A DNA stretch of 62,759 nt, filler included, from Dugesia japonica (lineage: Eukaryota): the NCBI GenBank assembly GCA_001938525.1. It is 5 parts of 5 records of this genome, joined end to end, with 100 filler letters (N's around TTAATTAATTAA, not from the genome) between each part and the next. Parts side by side here need not be neighbours in the genome. Positions count along the whole stretch, not along the records: positions 49,600 to 62,759 come from MQRL01621738.1; 4 more parts are not named here. One strand, given 5' to 3'. Shown here one piece after another: positions 49,600 to 61,329 of this stretch. The notes beneath the pieces were generated by a model. That model was not told the origin of the DNA and did no database searches. It saw only the letters and a list, made by a program, of their open reading frames with translations. Position 1 is the stretch's first letter. Every line of letters starts with the position of its first letter. Both the position numbers and the translations under genes were made by a program.

Positions 49600-52500
49600 T
49601 TACAATTATTGTGAGAATAATTGTAGGACTTAACCATTGATTGCATTTGAGATTTCATTAAAATAAGAAAAAGTTTCGATCAAAATAAAAATTATTTGAA
49701 CCTTTTTACAAATAAATTTTATTTTGATCGAAGCTTTTTCTTATTTTAATGAAATTAAAAGTTATATTGAAAAAATAAGTACTTCATTTTGGGAGTCAAG
49801 GAAGAAATTATGAATTTTAGAAAGAGTAACTCGAATTTTAACATCAAACAACAAAAACATATAAATCTTGCAATTTTTAATGAAAAGTCTCATTAGCGTT
49901 GTAATTCTAATAAAAAATAAACCAATTTTTGTAAGTAGGCCCTACTAAAATATAATTAATTATGTAGAACAAGATTTTGACAAACGAATAATACTTATTC
50001 AATTATTTCCTGTTCAAACTATGGTTTACTTTATTCTTTAATATGTTTTATTGTATTAATTTAGATAAATGATAAGTAAGAACAAAAGTTGAGGAAACTG
50101 ATGCTAATAATAACAAGAAAGAGTGTGATAGTATTATCAAATTTACATAAAGTCAAAGAATGTTATCTGAAACTTACATAAACTTTTTAATTATCGTTGA
50201 AAAATTACACAAACATTGAAAACATTGTTGAAAATTTGCTAGAACTTTTTTAAAACTAGTCAAAATTTACATGAACTTTTCTAAAATCAGAAAATCCATT
50301 GCTAAAGAGTAGGAACACTGATAACTGAGGACCTACAAACAGCATTTTAATCGAAATGAAATATATACAATCAAATTCCTTAATTAATCATAATATCAGG
50401 CATACATAGATGCACAGGCGTAGCTAGGGAGGCAGGGGGCAAGTGTCCCCGGGAGCCAGACCAAGGGGCGCCAAAATGGGATTTGAAATATTTTTATTCT
50501 GTATTTTTTGTACCGTTTTAATATGATATCTATCAAGATTGAAGGTTCATCACTCTCTTGCAGTCAAATTTCTGTTATGCACTATCTATCTTATTGTGTA
50601 AATTTAATATTGTTAAACCTAGTCTATAGACTATAGATTTCGTAACCTATGACTTGAAACATACATCTTATTTGGATATCGATCTATCGGGCTGTATTGA
50701 CAGTACTATACTAGTGGCCTACTACTGACTACTCGGAAATCAAAAGAGACATAAATATAATCAGATGCGCTCAGCAGTTAGCAGCAACTAACCGGCCTCG
50801 CCTGCATCCAGGATCCAAATTCGTTCTGTCTTAATCTGGGAGACATAGAAAGCAATCCAAGTTCCAACACATATAGGAGTGAATGCAGGCAGCTGGGCTC
50901 ATTGGCTTGACATACTTGGCATCAGATTTGGCATTGAACTCATGCATCTCGAGATGTGCTTCACTCGTGGACCCGCGGCCAGTCACTGTGTTGAACCTTA
51001 GACTGGCATTTCACTTATATACCTTAAGAATATTTCTACTTTTATTAAAATTATATCAGTTATAAAAAATAATATATTCTATTTTTCTGATTGTATTTTC
51101 GCCGATTTTCTTATATTTCCGATATCTTGATTTGATCCTTTTTCTTTAATTTGTTGCTATAATTTCTTCACAGTTTATTTAATTAATTATTTTCCCTAAT
51201 ATTTGCTTTTATCCTAATAGTTGGATGAGTTTGATAATTTTCAAAATTAATTATAGTATTGATTTTCCGAAAAATGAATAGTACATAATATTATTTAAGT
51301 ACCCGAAGGGGAGGGGCTCAACAACTGCTAACGATTTTTTGTGAAGGTTTTTGTAATGTGTATTTTTTCTTATATTTTTAGAATCAAAAAATTTTTGATC
51401 GGATCCAATTTTTTTAATCAGATTGGTTTTATTTTTTTTATTTTAAAATTTTAAAATTTGTGTGTTTGGGTTGTTAAGGTGGTTTTTCAAAAGTAGGTCA
51501 AGTTTAGTTTGTGTGTGTGAGTGTGTGTGTAAGAGGGGAAAAAAGGAGGAGGAGCTGGAGATTTTTTTGGAGTTTTTATGATTTGGTTGTTGTTGGACAA
51601 AAATTTAGTCTATATATTGTCTAAAGAACTTATGAGTTTTGATGGTTGGTTTCTCCTAGAAGTGTGGTAGCACGCTGGCACAGGCATTTGAGTTATCATG
51701 GGCTGTTTTTTGGGAGGTTGTAGGTTTGTTAGGGGCCTTTTGGATTTGGATGGTTAATGGGTTGTTGGAAAGATAATGTGATGGTAAATATTTGGGGTGT
51801 CGAATATACCAGAATTTATGATTTTTTGTGCTTTAATTTGATTGGTTGATATTTGTAAGTAGTATAAGTGTGTTAACAAAATTTTTTGGGCTGGGGAGAG
51901 TGGTATGTGTGGAAAAACAATTAGTTATCAGATTTTTTGATGATTATTTGAAATTTTTCTGGCGCGTGGGTGTGACATCATAATGGTTTGAAATCTTTAT
52001 TTTTGTTAAAAAAGCCGTATTTTGCTTAAAATGATGAATTAGATGAAAGTAATGTATTTTTGTAAAAATGATTTATTTTTGAGTATTTTCGATATTTTTG
52101 AACAGGGATGTGTTGTTTTTAATATCTTTCGAACGGGGAAGAGGGGAGTCTTGATATTTTTTGATTATTGGCTTGAAATTCAAAAAAAAATTTTGGCGGG
52201 AAATTTAAATTTGATATTTTAATGTAGGGTAATCTTTTAAATATAATTAAATTAAATTAAATTAAATTTTATTTAATTAAATTTATTTAAGAGACGGGAC
52301 AGTCTTGATATTTTGCATGAGATGAGGGGAGTCTCTATATTTTACATAGGACGAGGGAGTCTAAAATTCATAAGCGCATGATTTTCAGTGTATGTGTGTT
52401 GCATTTGAGTTGCATCTGAGTTAAAAAAATTCAAAATGGCGGTTATATTGAGTTTTAAAAAATAAAAATGGTAGCTATCTTGAATTTTAAAATTCTGAGA

Positions 52501-53231
52501 CTTGTGATTTTCAGTGTATGTGTGTGGTAGCTGTAATGCTGCTGAGTTACATTTATGGAAATATATCTATCAAAAAACTTCAAAGAAGAGAGTCTTTGTG
52601 AAATTTTGCACGATACAATATTCAAATTAAAACTTTTCTTTACAAGATGATAAAAACAGAATTTTTTTCATAAAAAAAATATTAACTAGGTAATTTTCTA
52701 TAAGTCTCATTATTGTTGCAATATTTAATGAAAAGTCTCATTAATATTGAAATTTTTAATAAAAAGTATCATTAATGTTACAATGTCTAATAAAAACATT
52801 TTGGTTTAGAACATTTCTGAGAACAAAATGATATAAAAAACATAGAAATTATCCATATATAAGACTATATAAATAAGACTATAAAAAACCTATAAGAAAA
52901 TACTTTTATGATTGTATAAGGTTTATGAGTATATTATTTACATAGTTACTTTGTATTATTTACATAGCAGCCATGTATTATAGGGTTTATGAGTATATAA
53001 TTTACATATCAACTGTGTAATATAATGCTTATGAGACTAATATTTATATAGTAACTCTTTATTTCAGGGTTTATGACTATATCATTTACATATTAACCGT
53101 GTAATAAGAGGTCACCATGCAAAATGCATGTTCATGAATATAAAACCTTATTTAGTTACTAAATTTAAAAAATAAAAGAAAACAATTATCCAATAAAACT
53201 TTTATTATTATTAAATTTATAAATTAAACAT

Positions 53232-53716
53232 TTATTTCTTATATTTTTCAGTCATATTCAAAATCTTTTCTTTTAATATTTCGTAATGGTTCTTGATTTC
53301 ATTGAAAGGGATATCCGATTGAAGTTCTTTGATGAAATTTTTCATAACTTGAAACATGTATATTGCTTTGTTTGCAATAAAGGTTTAAACTATTCATTCA
53401 TCATCAACAGCATATATTCATGAAGTAATTCTGGCAACCTTTCATGAAATATCTTTAAGGCTAATTCTAAANNNNNNNNNNNNNNNNNNNNNNNNNNNNN
53501 NNNNNNNNNNNNNNNNNNNNNTTAAGGCTAATTCTAAAAACAAAATTAAATAAAATAATAATAAATTAAACTCTTACTATAATAATTTTCGTAATCTTTG
53601 TCTTCAATTTCAAAATAACCGCCATCACCATCACTGTCATTACCATGACATGTATCTTTAAGTTCTTTCTCTCCTTACACAGAGTTTTCAATAAACAAAA
53701 TTTCACAAGTATTCAT
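53232..53716 (-). pseudogene. Two-exon hypothetical gene in the Polinton region (two premature stops)
   Basis: ATG at 53716; the 44-nt GTAAG..TTTTAG intron (53577-53534) keeps the frame into KLALKIFHERLPELLHEY...TEKYKK* once the gap overlap is collapsed; TATA-like TTTATATAAA upstream. Confidence 0.6.
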
Positions 53717-53749
53717 TTTGTAAAAGTGAATTTATTTAAAAAAACAAGT

Positions 53750-53852
53750 CTTATTTATATAAACCCAATAACCAATCATATCAATTATAGTAAATATTAA
53801 CCAATAGGAACTCACAAATAACGAGTATGTGTGTATTGCAACTAGTATATAA
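53750..53852. promoter_or_regulatory. Bidirectional promoter: three CCAAT boxes between opposed TATA boxes
   Basis: TTTATATAAA (~53754), CCAAT at ~53765, ~53772 and ~53801, TATATAAG (~53846); lies between divergent ATGs at 53716 and 53893. Confidence 0.6.
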
Positions 53853-53892
53853 GCAAAGGTTTACATAACATTAATCACTGTACAACTCACAA

Positions 53893-54236
53893 ATGCAAGA
53901 AAATCAACTCACTAAAGAAAACGTATCAAAAATAACTGTGGGACTTGGAAAAATTACAGATTTCCATAATTGCAAGATGTTCTTTTTAAAGACTTCAATT
54001 ATATATGAATTCAAAGTAATTTTTTTTATTAAATATTATAAATTAATATATTATTTTAGAAACCAAGTTCAATAAAAAGATCAAAATTTAGTTTGGTTCT
54101 ATCTGGAATTCACGAGAAGGATAGAAATATACTGGAAGCTATGTTTGCAAAATTGAGTAGACAAATTGAAGTCAATGAAACTATTTGCATAGCCGTTAAA
54201 GAAAAGGACGAGAACCAATATGAAGACGACAATTAA
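53893..54236 (+). CDS. Intact two-exon hypothetical gene (99 aa) in the Polinton region
   Basis: Exon 53893-54015, 44-nt GTAAT..TTTTAG intron, exon 54060-54236 open in phase (KPSSIKRSKFSLVLSGIHEKDRNILEAMFAKLSRQIEV...DDN*). Confidence 0.65.
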
Positions 54237-55004
54237 TATATGATTCAAGTTGAGATTAAAGGCTTCAAGAATTCCATTAATTCAGTCGGAATCGTTTGGA
54301 AAGTTTAAAATATTGCAAAGAAGATCTAAATTTACTTTATGTTTACTTGATGTTTTCTTTGTTATTTTTTTATTGAAATATATATTTGCGTAGTAAATAT
54401 TGTTAATGTTTTTTAAAACTAAAACAAAGTAAATGAAAAAACGTATTAAAAAGAAACTTAAAAAATAATACAAAGATTTTATAATAAAACATTTATTTAA
54501 AATCAAAAATAAAAAAAATAATTGTTGTATTCATTCAATTCAATCTGGTGTCTCTCCATTGCAGCATAGAAGATAAACTCTGCTCACCCGATACAATCAG
54601 GTTCGCAACATTTAGCATCCATGTACTGATTGATACTAGAATCCGGGAGCATTGGTTTTCTTTCTTCATCAACCTTCACTTGTTCTCCAATAAGCATTCC
54701 AATATACTATATCTCCAATATACTATAAGCATTTCTAAATTAAATTTATTAATAAAATTATAAAATTGATAAAAAATCAAACCTCGTTTACTAAATTATT
54801 CTTCCATTATTTTCATTTTTCTAGTATTTGAAGAATTCATATTTAAAAATGACAAGAAATAATAATGAAATGCATTAAATATATATATGCATAATAAAAA
54901 ACCACAAAGTAATATTTTAATTATTTGAAATTTAACTTTCTAAATTTAAATTGATATATTTTGTACTTGATTTGTAAATATTTTGCATCCGCGTTGCAAA
55001 TTTT

Positions 55005-55475
55005 CTAAATTTCATCAAGCAAATTAAACAAATCTGAAGTAATGTTATTCACAAATCCTTGAAAATACAAATTGTTAAATCCAAGTATCACTTGTTTTCC
55101 TGTTGAGAACACATTTACACATAAAGCGTAATATTTTACAAACACCAGGAAATAACTCTGGTTCGAACCAACAGTTAGCTATTTTTGCTAATTTATACAA
55201 ATTTATTGAAACTTTAATATTTACGACAATGTATAGTGATTGTAATTGTACATTTTTATATCATAAGAGTTCAAATCACACGGTTTCAATTGTTTCTTAC
55301 AACACATTATTCTACATTTTTCTGAGCTGAAGAGTATAATTGTAAATTTGTCACTTTTTACTTGGAATTGACATGGTTTGCTTGTAGGAAAGCTAATTTT
55401 CTGTGTTACTTCTTGCGACACGTTACCTCTGTAATTAATATTGGTTATCATAACTAAAGAATTAATGAGGAACAT
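55005..55475 (-). pseudogene. TATA-binding-protein-like gene (compact two-repeat core), frameshifted
   Basis: ITNINYRGNV...KFTIILFSSEKCRIMCCK (repeat 1) / QLQSLYIVVNIKVSINLYKLAKIANCWFEPELFPGV / ALCVNVFSTGKQVILG (repeat 2); compare TBP ALIFSSGKMVCTGAK, YEPELFPGL, LIFVSGKVVLTG. Confidence 0.78.
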
Positions 55476-55519
55476 TAGGGTTTTGATGAAGTTAATTTAA
55501 TTGATTCGTTAAAACGGAT

Positions 55520-56148
55520 ATGAACAATATAATTAATTATGAATAAATTAAAGAAAAATATACAGAAAACTAAAACATGACGTAGTCTATCAAATTGTAG
55601 GATCTAGTGGTAGTGGGAAAACTTTGTATGTCAATTATTGAAATCAAAGTTATTTAAGTCGAAATTTAAAAACATATACTGGCTTAGAGGCGCCGATGAA
55701 GATCATGGATTGGCTAAATCTGAATTTTGTAACATTAAAATTAAAGTTATAAATGGTTTTGATTCTATTTGGAGCAAAAGATTAAGACTAGGTGATGTTA
55801 TTGTTGTTGATGATCTGTATCATGAGGGAAACAAAGAAACAGATTTCAATAATTTATTCACAAAGATATCGAGACATCGTAATGTAACTGTTATATATAT
55901 ATTACTCAAAATCTATTTCATTAAGAAGGTACTCATGGAACTCGTAACTTAAACGTACAGTATTTCTAGCAAGACAAGCTTATCCAAATAACAGACAATT
56001 TCTTATTGAATCTTTTCAAGATGCACCAGAAAAATCACATGTATATCTATTTCTTGACTTTATATAACAATGTCCAGATGATTATAAAGATATATTCAAT
56101 TACAGATATATTTAATCCAAATGGTATCACAACATATAAACAAAATAG
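55520..56148 (+). pseudogene. Polinton FtsK/HerA-type packaging ATPase
   Basis: Walker A VGSSGSGKT (~55597-55623), Walker B VIVVDDL, LFTKISRHRNVTVIYITQNLF, LARQAYP..FL.ESFQDA....YLFLDF; frameshifts. Confidence 0.92.
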
Positions 56149-56432
56149 GTAATTTTTCATAATATTTCAAAGAATGACAAATTTAAAGAAATTTGTATTT
56201 GATCAAATTACTAATGGTGTTGTTAAAAGTCAAAAAATACCTTTTGAGAAGAAATAGTATGTAAAAAAGAAGAAACAATCACATAAGAAACAACATGTAA
56301 ATAAGAAGCAACGAGTAAATAAAAGAAATATGTTAAAAAAACTTGCAAAAAGAAGTGGAAAAAAGCTGCGAATATTGAACAGAAAAAGAAATAAAAAAAA
56401 ATAAATGGTATGTATTATTTTAATAAATAAAG

Positions 56433-56753
56433 ATGAAAATACAAAGTAGCATTCAGTTTTTTACAGCTTTGATTAAATCATCAAAACCTTTTAGAATGAG
56501 AATTTTACAATCATTTCCACCATATGTTATAGATGATTTACTTTATATTATTATAAAGATTGTTCGGGGTAATGTAGATTTGAGTGCAGCCAAAAAGATA
56601 AAATTGAAGAAACATAAAAAAACTTTATTAACTCTTGTAAACACACAAAATAGAAAATCAACAAGACGAGTAATGAACAATCAAGGTGGTGGTTTTATAG
56701 TAGCATTTTTATCAATTGCATTAGCTGAATTAGGCTTAACTCATTTCAAATAA
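56433..56753 (+). CDS. Small basic Polinton virion protein with a C-terminal QGGGF motif and amphipathic helix
   Basis: IVRGNVDLSAAKKIKLKKHKKTL..LV.....RRVMNNQGGGFIVAFLSIAL follows the pattern of the small conserved Maverick/adintovirus ORF downstream of the ATPase. Confidence 0.75.
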   Translation: MKIQSSIQFFTALIKSSKPFRMRILQSFPPYVIDDLLYIIIKIVRGNVDLSAAKKIKLKKHKKTLLTLVNTQNRKSTRRVMNNQGGGFIVAFLSIALAELGLTHFK

Positions 56754-56869
56754 ACAATGGTTGAAATATAACAATAACCTGAACCCAAATGAACAATGTG
56801 TTGATTGCAATCATTACTTAATTTTGACTTGAAATTTGCATCAAATTGTTGTAATGGAGAAATAAATGA

Positions 56870-57120
56870 AGACAATAAAGACGTATCTAAAAACCCTAGC
56901 CAGATTTGGAAGCATAGAAAAATTATGAAAGCAGCTCAAAAATCGAAACGACAGACAAAAAAGTGGTTATATGGACAGCTAGTATATAGTCTAAACAAGT
57001 CAATGTTGAAAACATTTCCGACAAGAGCATATAAAGCATATGGTATTGATGATTTATAGAAAATGTATCTAATAGAAATGGTTTCATATTCAAAACTTCA
57101 TAAAGTTTACAAGCTTTATT
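56870..57120 (+). pseudogene. Polinton retroviral-type integrase, N-terminal remnant
   Basis: KKWLYGQLVYSLNKSMLKTFPTRAYKAYGIDDL*KMYLIEM matches WL..Q..YTLHKP.RK.FPRR...GIDDLWQADLVDM; catalytic core deleted. Confidence 0.82.
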
Positions 57121-57276
57121 TTTGTTATTAATCGTTTGTATTTAATAAATTTTCAAGAGTGTTTCCATTTTAATGAAAGTGAATTAAAAGAATTAACAAT
57201 AATATGTAAAATTATATGAATACAAAAACCAATTTGGATAGTAACAACATAAATAAAATATCAAGACGAAATTCAG

Positions 57277-58322
57277 ATGAAATCAAATAATTTCTTTACT
57301 ATTTTATCTAGTAATTGTAGTCCACTAGTTCATTCAAATAATTTTGCTAGTAATTACATTGTTGAGCTTCAAAATCTAATTAACATGGATGTTAGATGGG
57401 AATTTGCCATGATAAGTTTTGCCTTTATATATTCAGCCATGCCAATTTATAGTCAATCTCGGATTGAATACGAATTATTTCAAGTAATTGAGAAGGACCT
57501 TATACTTGATGTTAACAATAAAGAAAGAAAAGTTCATTTAACTGTTAATAGTAAAGACCAATATAAAAATAATACGGAAACAGTTATAAAATTTTCGAAA
57601 GAAAACATTTCAATTTTTACTAGTGATATTACCTACCACAGTTTATTCTTTGATACTAAGGAAACTTTAAAAAGATTTACATATTTTAGCAATGAATATG
57701 TAAGTGGAAATATTAAATTAACTTTTGATACTACTAAGAATTTTGGGGATAAAACATTTTTTCTAGGCTTTCAACACTTTAAAGACGATGATTTCATTGA
57801 AAAAATAAAAATTAAATATTTTTATCCGATTGTAACTAAACATTCTTTACAATTCAAATCTGAATTGTATATAAAGGATTTAAATCAATTAAATGTCTTT
57901 TTTAAGAAACATCTTCCACAGTTATTTAAAACATTTTCATTAAAGCAAGTTGAAATATTTGAATTCACATTAGCAACTAGATTTAAAAGTGTTAAATTCG
58001 ATAAAATCTTAACAAAAACATTAGGATTTAAAAAATCGCAATATACTCGATTACAATTGAATGATAAAGAAATATTATATAAAAGTAATAAGAAACCTAG
58101 AATATTAAAGTGTTACAATGAAATGTTCATTTATTGTAGTATTGTTGAACCTATTATTGTTTGAGATGTTAATGTTTCCTTATTGAAATCAGTATGGAGA
58201 GAAGAACATGAAAATGATGAGGTAATACAAATAATCGTTGATCATCCAATGTATTTACATTTTTTTCGTCATATATAAACAATATAGAAATTAACATACG
58301 TGATGATATTGGAAAACTAGTA
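57277..58322 (+). pseudogene. Polinton minor capsid (penton) protein
   Basis: FFTILSSNCS....NNFASNYIVELQNLINMDVRWEFAM...MFIYCSIVEPIIV*DVNVSLLKSV...HPMY...INNIEINIRDDIG; stop at 58162 (GGA>TGA) and a later frameshift. Confidence 0.85.
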
Positions 58323-58361
58323 GGACATGGAATAGGACATAGAACAATATTTGAAAAAAGA

Positions 58362-58478
58362 TTTGCGATAAAACTGAATTGTATTTTTGATCGACCATCT
58401 TCACAAGCTGTAATTGAAAATGGTACATTCGAATATGTTTTTCCTATGAATTCAATTTTCGAATCACAAAGCGATGTA
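58362..58478 (+). pseudogene. Polinton major capsid protein, N-terminal remnant
   Basis: CDKTEL / FDRPSSQAVIENGTFEYVFPMNSI matches the CxKSELDLFxxPPTQxxIExGxxxxxxPxxS start of Maverick MCPs. Confidence 0.7.
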
Positions 58479-58509
58479 TTACTAGATGCAAAATTAATGT
58501 TTTATAAAA

Positions 58510-59080
58510 ACATTGTGACTAGTAATATGGGTTTTATAGAAAAACGTCAGGACTAATAGGTTTTTGATAGAAATATCACATGATTAATGTTTTTTTTTCA
58601 AAGAAACATTGTCACTAGTACTATGTTTTTTATAGAAATATTGTCACTAGTTATGTTTTTTAAAGAAAAACTGCATGACTAATATGTTTTTGATAGAAAT
58701 ATTAGATGACTAATATGTTTTTTATAGAAACACTGTGTAGGTAGATAGTAGTACACTAGTATAGAACACAATTAGTAAGCTCCCCCCGTGTGTAAAAATG
58801 ATTACATAACTTTCCTAATGCAAATACCGGAAGACACACATTGGTATGTATTACGTAACTGCTTTTCATATTATCGGATTTTATACATCGATACACATTT
58901 GTGTGTATTACGTAACTGTTTCTCGTATTTTTTGAAAAGTTTAGCGAATTATTGGGTTTTTAATGGACGAGTAAATTTATGTGTATTACATAACATTTGC
59001 TCATATTTTTGAATAGTTTACAGAACTAATTGAATATTCTACAGAATTATTTGAATAGTTCACTGAATTATTTAAAGGTT
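58510..59080. repeat. Degenerate tandem repeat tracts around a candidate Polinton terminus
   Basis: ~30-bp units GACTAATATGTTTTTTATAGAAA (58510-58730), AGTAGT at 58747, repeats of GTGTATTACGTAAC (58845-58995). Confidence 0.6.
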
Positions 59081-60074
59081 TATATTTTCTGGGCGTTTTG
59101 GTAAGAAATTTTCACGTTAAGAGTAATCTTGAATCATTATTTACTCACAAGGATCAATTTCCTATAATTTGTGGTAATACTTTCCTCAGGAATAGTCAAT
59201 TTAGGTCAGTTTTGGACGATTTGGTCAATTATTTACTCGGTTTGGATGATTAAGGTAAATTATTTACTTTGTATGGTTAAACTTGGTTGATCATTTAATC
59301 ACAAGAGTCAATTTTCTATGATTTTTGAGCAAACTCTCGGGTCGGTCTATTTGGGTAGAATTCTTTACAAAATATCGAGGGAAATAGACGAATTTGTTTA
59401 AATAATTCAAAATATTATACTTTGTATAGGAATAAGGGTGTGATTTTCTCAAAATAGGTGAAGAAAATGTCTTTTGATAGAAAATGTTTTGCTGATATGC
59501 TAACCTCAAATCACCAAAGCTAATACTTGATGAAATAAATGAGGTTGGGTGGTGGAAAAAAAATTTCAAAATTGAGAGATTATGCTCAGATCTCTATGCA
59601 CAGATAACAGCTATCGACTCAAATTTGGTATTATTTTACTCAAGAGAAAAACGTGACTGTACAAAGTTAAAATATCGTCTCGGGTAAAATGCTTCTTAAC
59701 TAATATGTATAGCTGACCTCCCAAAATTCGGTCACATTTTTCAAAAACAACAAAAGTACCTCAAAATGTATCGAAATTTATACTATTCGACAGGAAATCT
59801 TATACTAATTAAAATTTTATTAACCTAAAATTAACAATTTTTATTCATAAAAAGTTATAAAGAAACAATTACTTTATTTGTGGATTCCTAGTATCATTAA
59901 AAAATAAAAAAACACACTATGAAAACTTAATAATAAGATAAAGTCATTTTTTAAAGTAAAAGATCTATTTAATAAAAATCTGATCAACCTGTCTATTGTT
60001 TGATTATTGAACTGCTTGAAAATATTGAACAAAGCAATTAATTAATCAATTAAAATTAAATAAATAACAAATCA

Positions 60075-61240
60075 TTGCCTTTACAATTTCTGATTTGATT
60101 CTGATTCGTCTTCCATACAAGATACTGTAAGGTAAACTTTCATTCTGTTTTACCCATACTCGTTTATCGTCTGTGTTTGTTAATGCTACTTTTGAATTAT
60201 TTGAACTATATATTGTGTGGTTTTTTGTAAAAATTCTAAATTGATTTACTGAGACCTTTTGATTATTATTATAACAATCAATGTATGACTGAGGATTTAT
60301 GCCAGTACCTTTAAATATTACACCCTTCGCCTTTATAGAAGTTTTTTTCGCTAAGACTGATCAACCTGTCTATTGTTTGATTATTGAACTGCTTGAAAAT
60401 ATTGAACAAAGCAATTAATTAATTAATTAAAATTAAATAAATAACAAATCATTGCCTTTACAATTTCTGATTTGGTCTCAGGAAAATCCATTTTTTATAC
60501 CTTATGCCTTTGGACTCGTCTTTAAATTTCCCTACAACAGAATTCAAGTCATTATTGAAAAGTGGATGNNNNNNNNNNNNNNNNNNNNNNNNNNNNNNNN
60601 NNNNNNNNNNNNNNNNNNGAATTCAAGTCATTATTGAAAAGTGGATGATTTTTAGCATAATTTGATGTGTCAAGAAGATTATCTTGAACCATAAAGTATA
60701 ATAATTTCTCTAATTTAATATCTTTACCTCTAAAAAGAAGCTATCTGTGTAGCCTGCAACAATATTTATACAACATTTCTCTTCCTTACGGTATTTTTGT
60801 AAATCTATATACTGAAGCCGATACATTCTAAGCTTAGATAAATCAAGTACAGATTGCCAAATATAACTCGGACGATCCAAACAAATAACATTTTTATTAA
60901 GTTGAACAGCGATCAGATCTTTATCAATTTTAAATTTTTTCCTAAAACTCGGTTTGGAAGTATAGGTTACCAACTTTTTATCAGATTTAAAAAGACGGAG
61001 ATTCAACAGTATTACCGTAAAGACTATTATTGAGAAGTTTATAATAATTTTTATATAACTTATTTTTACTTTCAAATCTTAATGCAGTATTTCCATCTAC
61101 ATATGCCTTAAAGATATAGTCTAGATCAAGTTTTACAGACCTATAAATTTTAGTCACTTCATCCCCGATTTGTAAAAAAAAACTTTTTAAATTTTGTACC
61201 TGGCACAAATTTTTGTTCAGCAGCAACTGGCAAATCACTT
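60075..61240 (-). pseudogene. Protein-primed DNA polymerase B (pPolB), C-terminal half
   Basis: YKLLNNSLYGNTVE, LDRPSYIWQSVLDLSKLRMY, AGYTDSFF (DTDS motif), AKGV, KVALTNTDDKRVW...SLPY; frameshifts and an internal duplication. Confidence 0.9.
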
Positions 61241-61329
61241 AAATAGTTATGTGTTAAATAGTTAAAAAATTTCCTGTTATAATTACAAATTCTCAAAAAA
61301 GTTCGTAACTTCTTCACACAGTTAGATTG

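Larger units (their letters stand above)
51330..61240. mobile_element. Decayed Polinton/Maverick (adintovirus-like) region, possibly two abutting elements
   Basis: Packaging ATPase, GGF-motif protein, integrase N-terminus, minor and major capsid and pPolB remnants, plus repeat-rich terminal-like tracts (51330-53110, 58510-59080). Boundaries approximate. Confidence 0.88.

Noticed and set aside
50414-51330. hAT-like element with a left end CAGGCGTAGCTAGG and the 50883 ORF
   Set aside because: No matching right TIR or TSD found, and the ORF shows no convincing transposase motif.
59980-60475. 115-bp direct repeat around the pPolB 3' end as an LTR pair
   Set aside because: No TG..CA ends or TSD; next to a gap with another duplicated overlap, so probably local duplication or assembly artefact.
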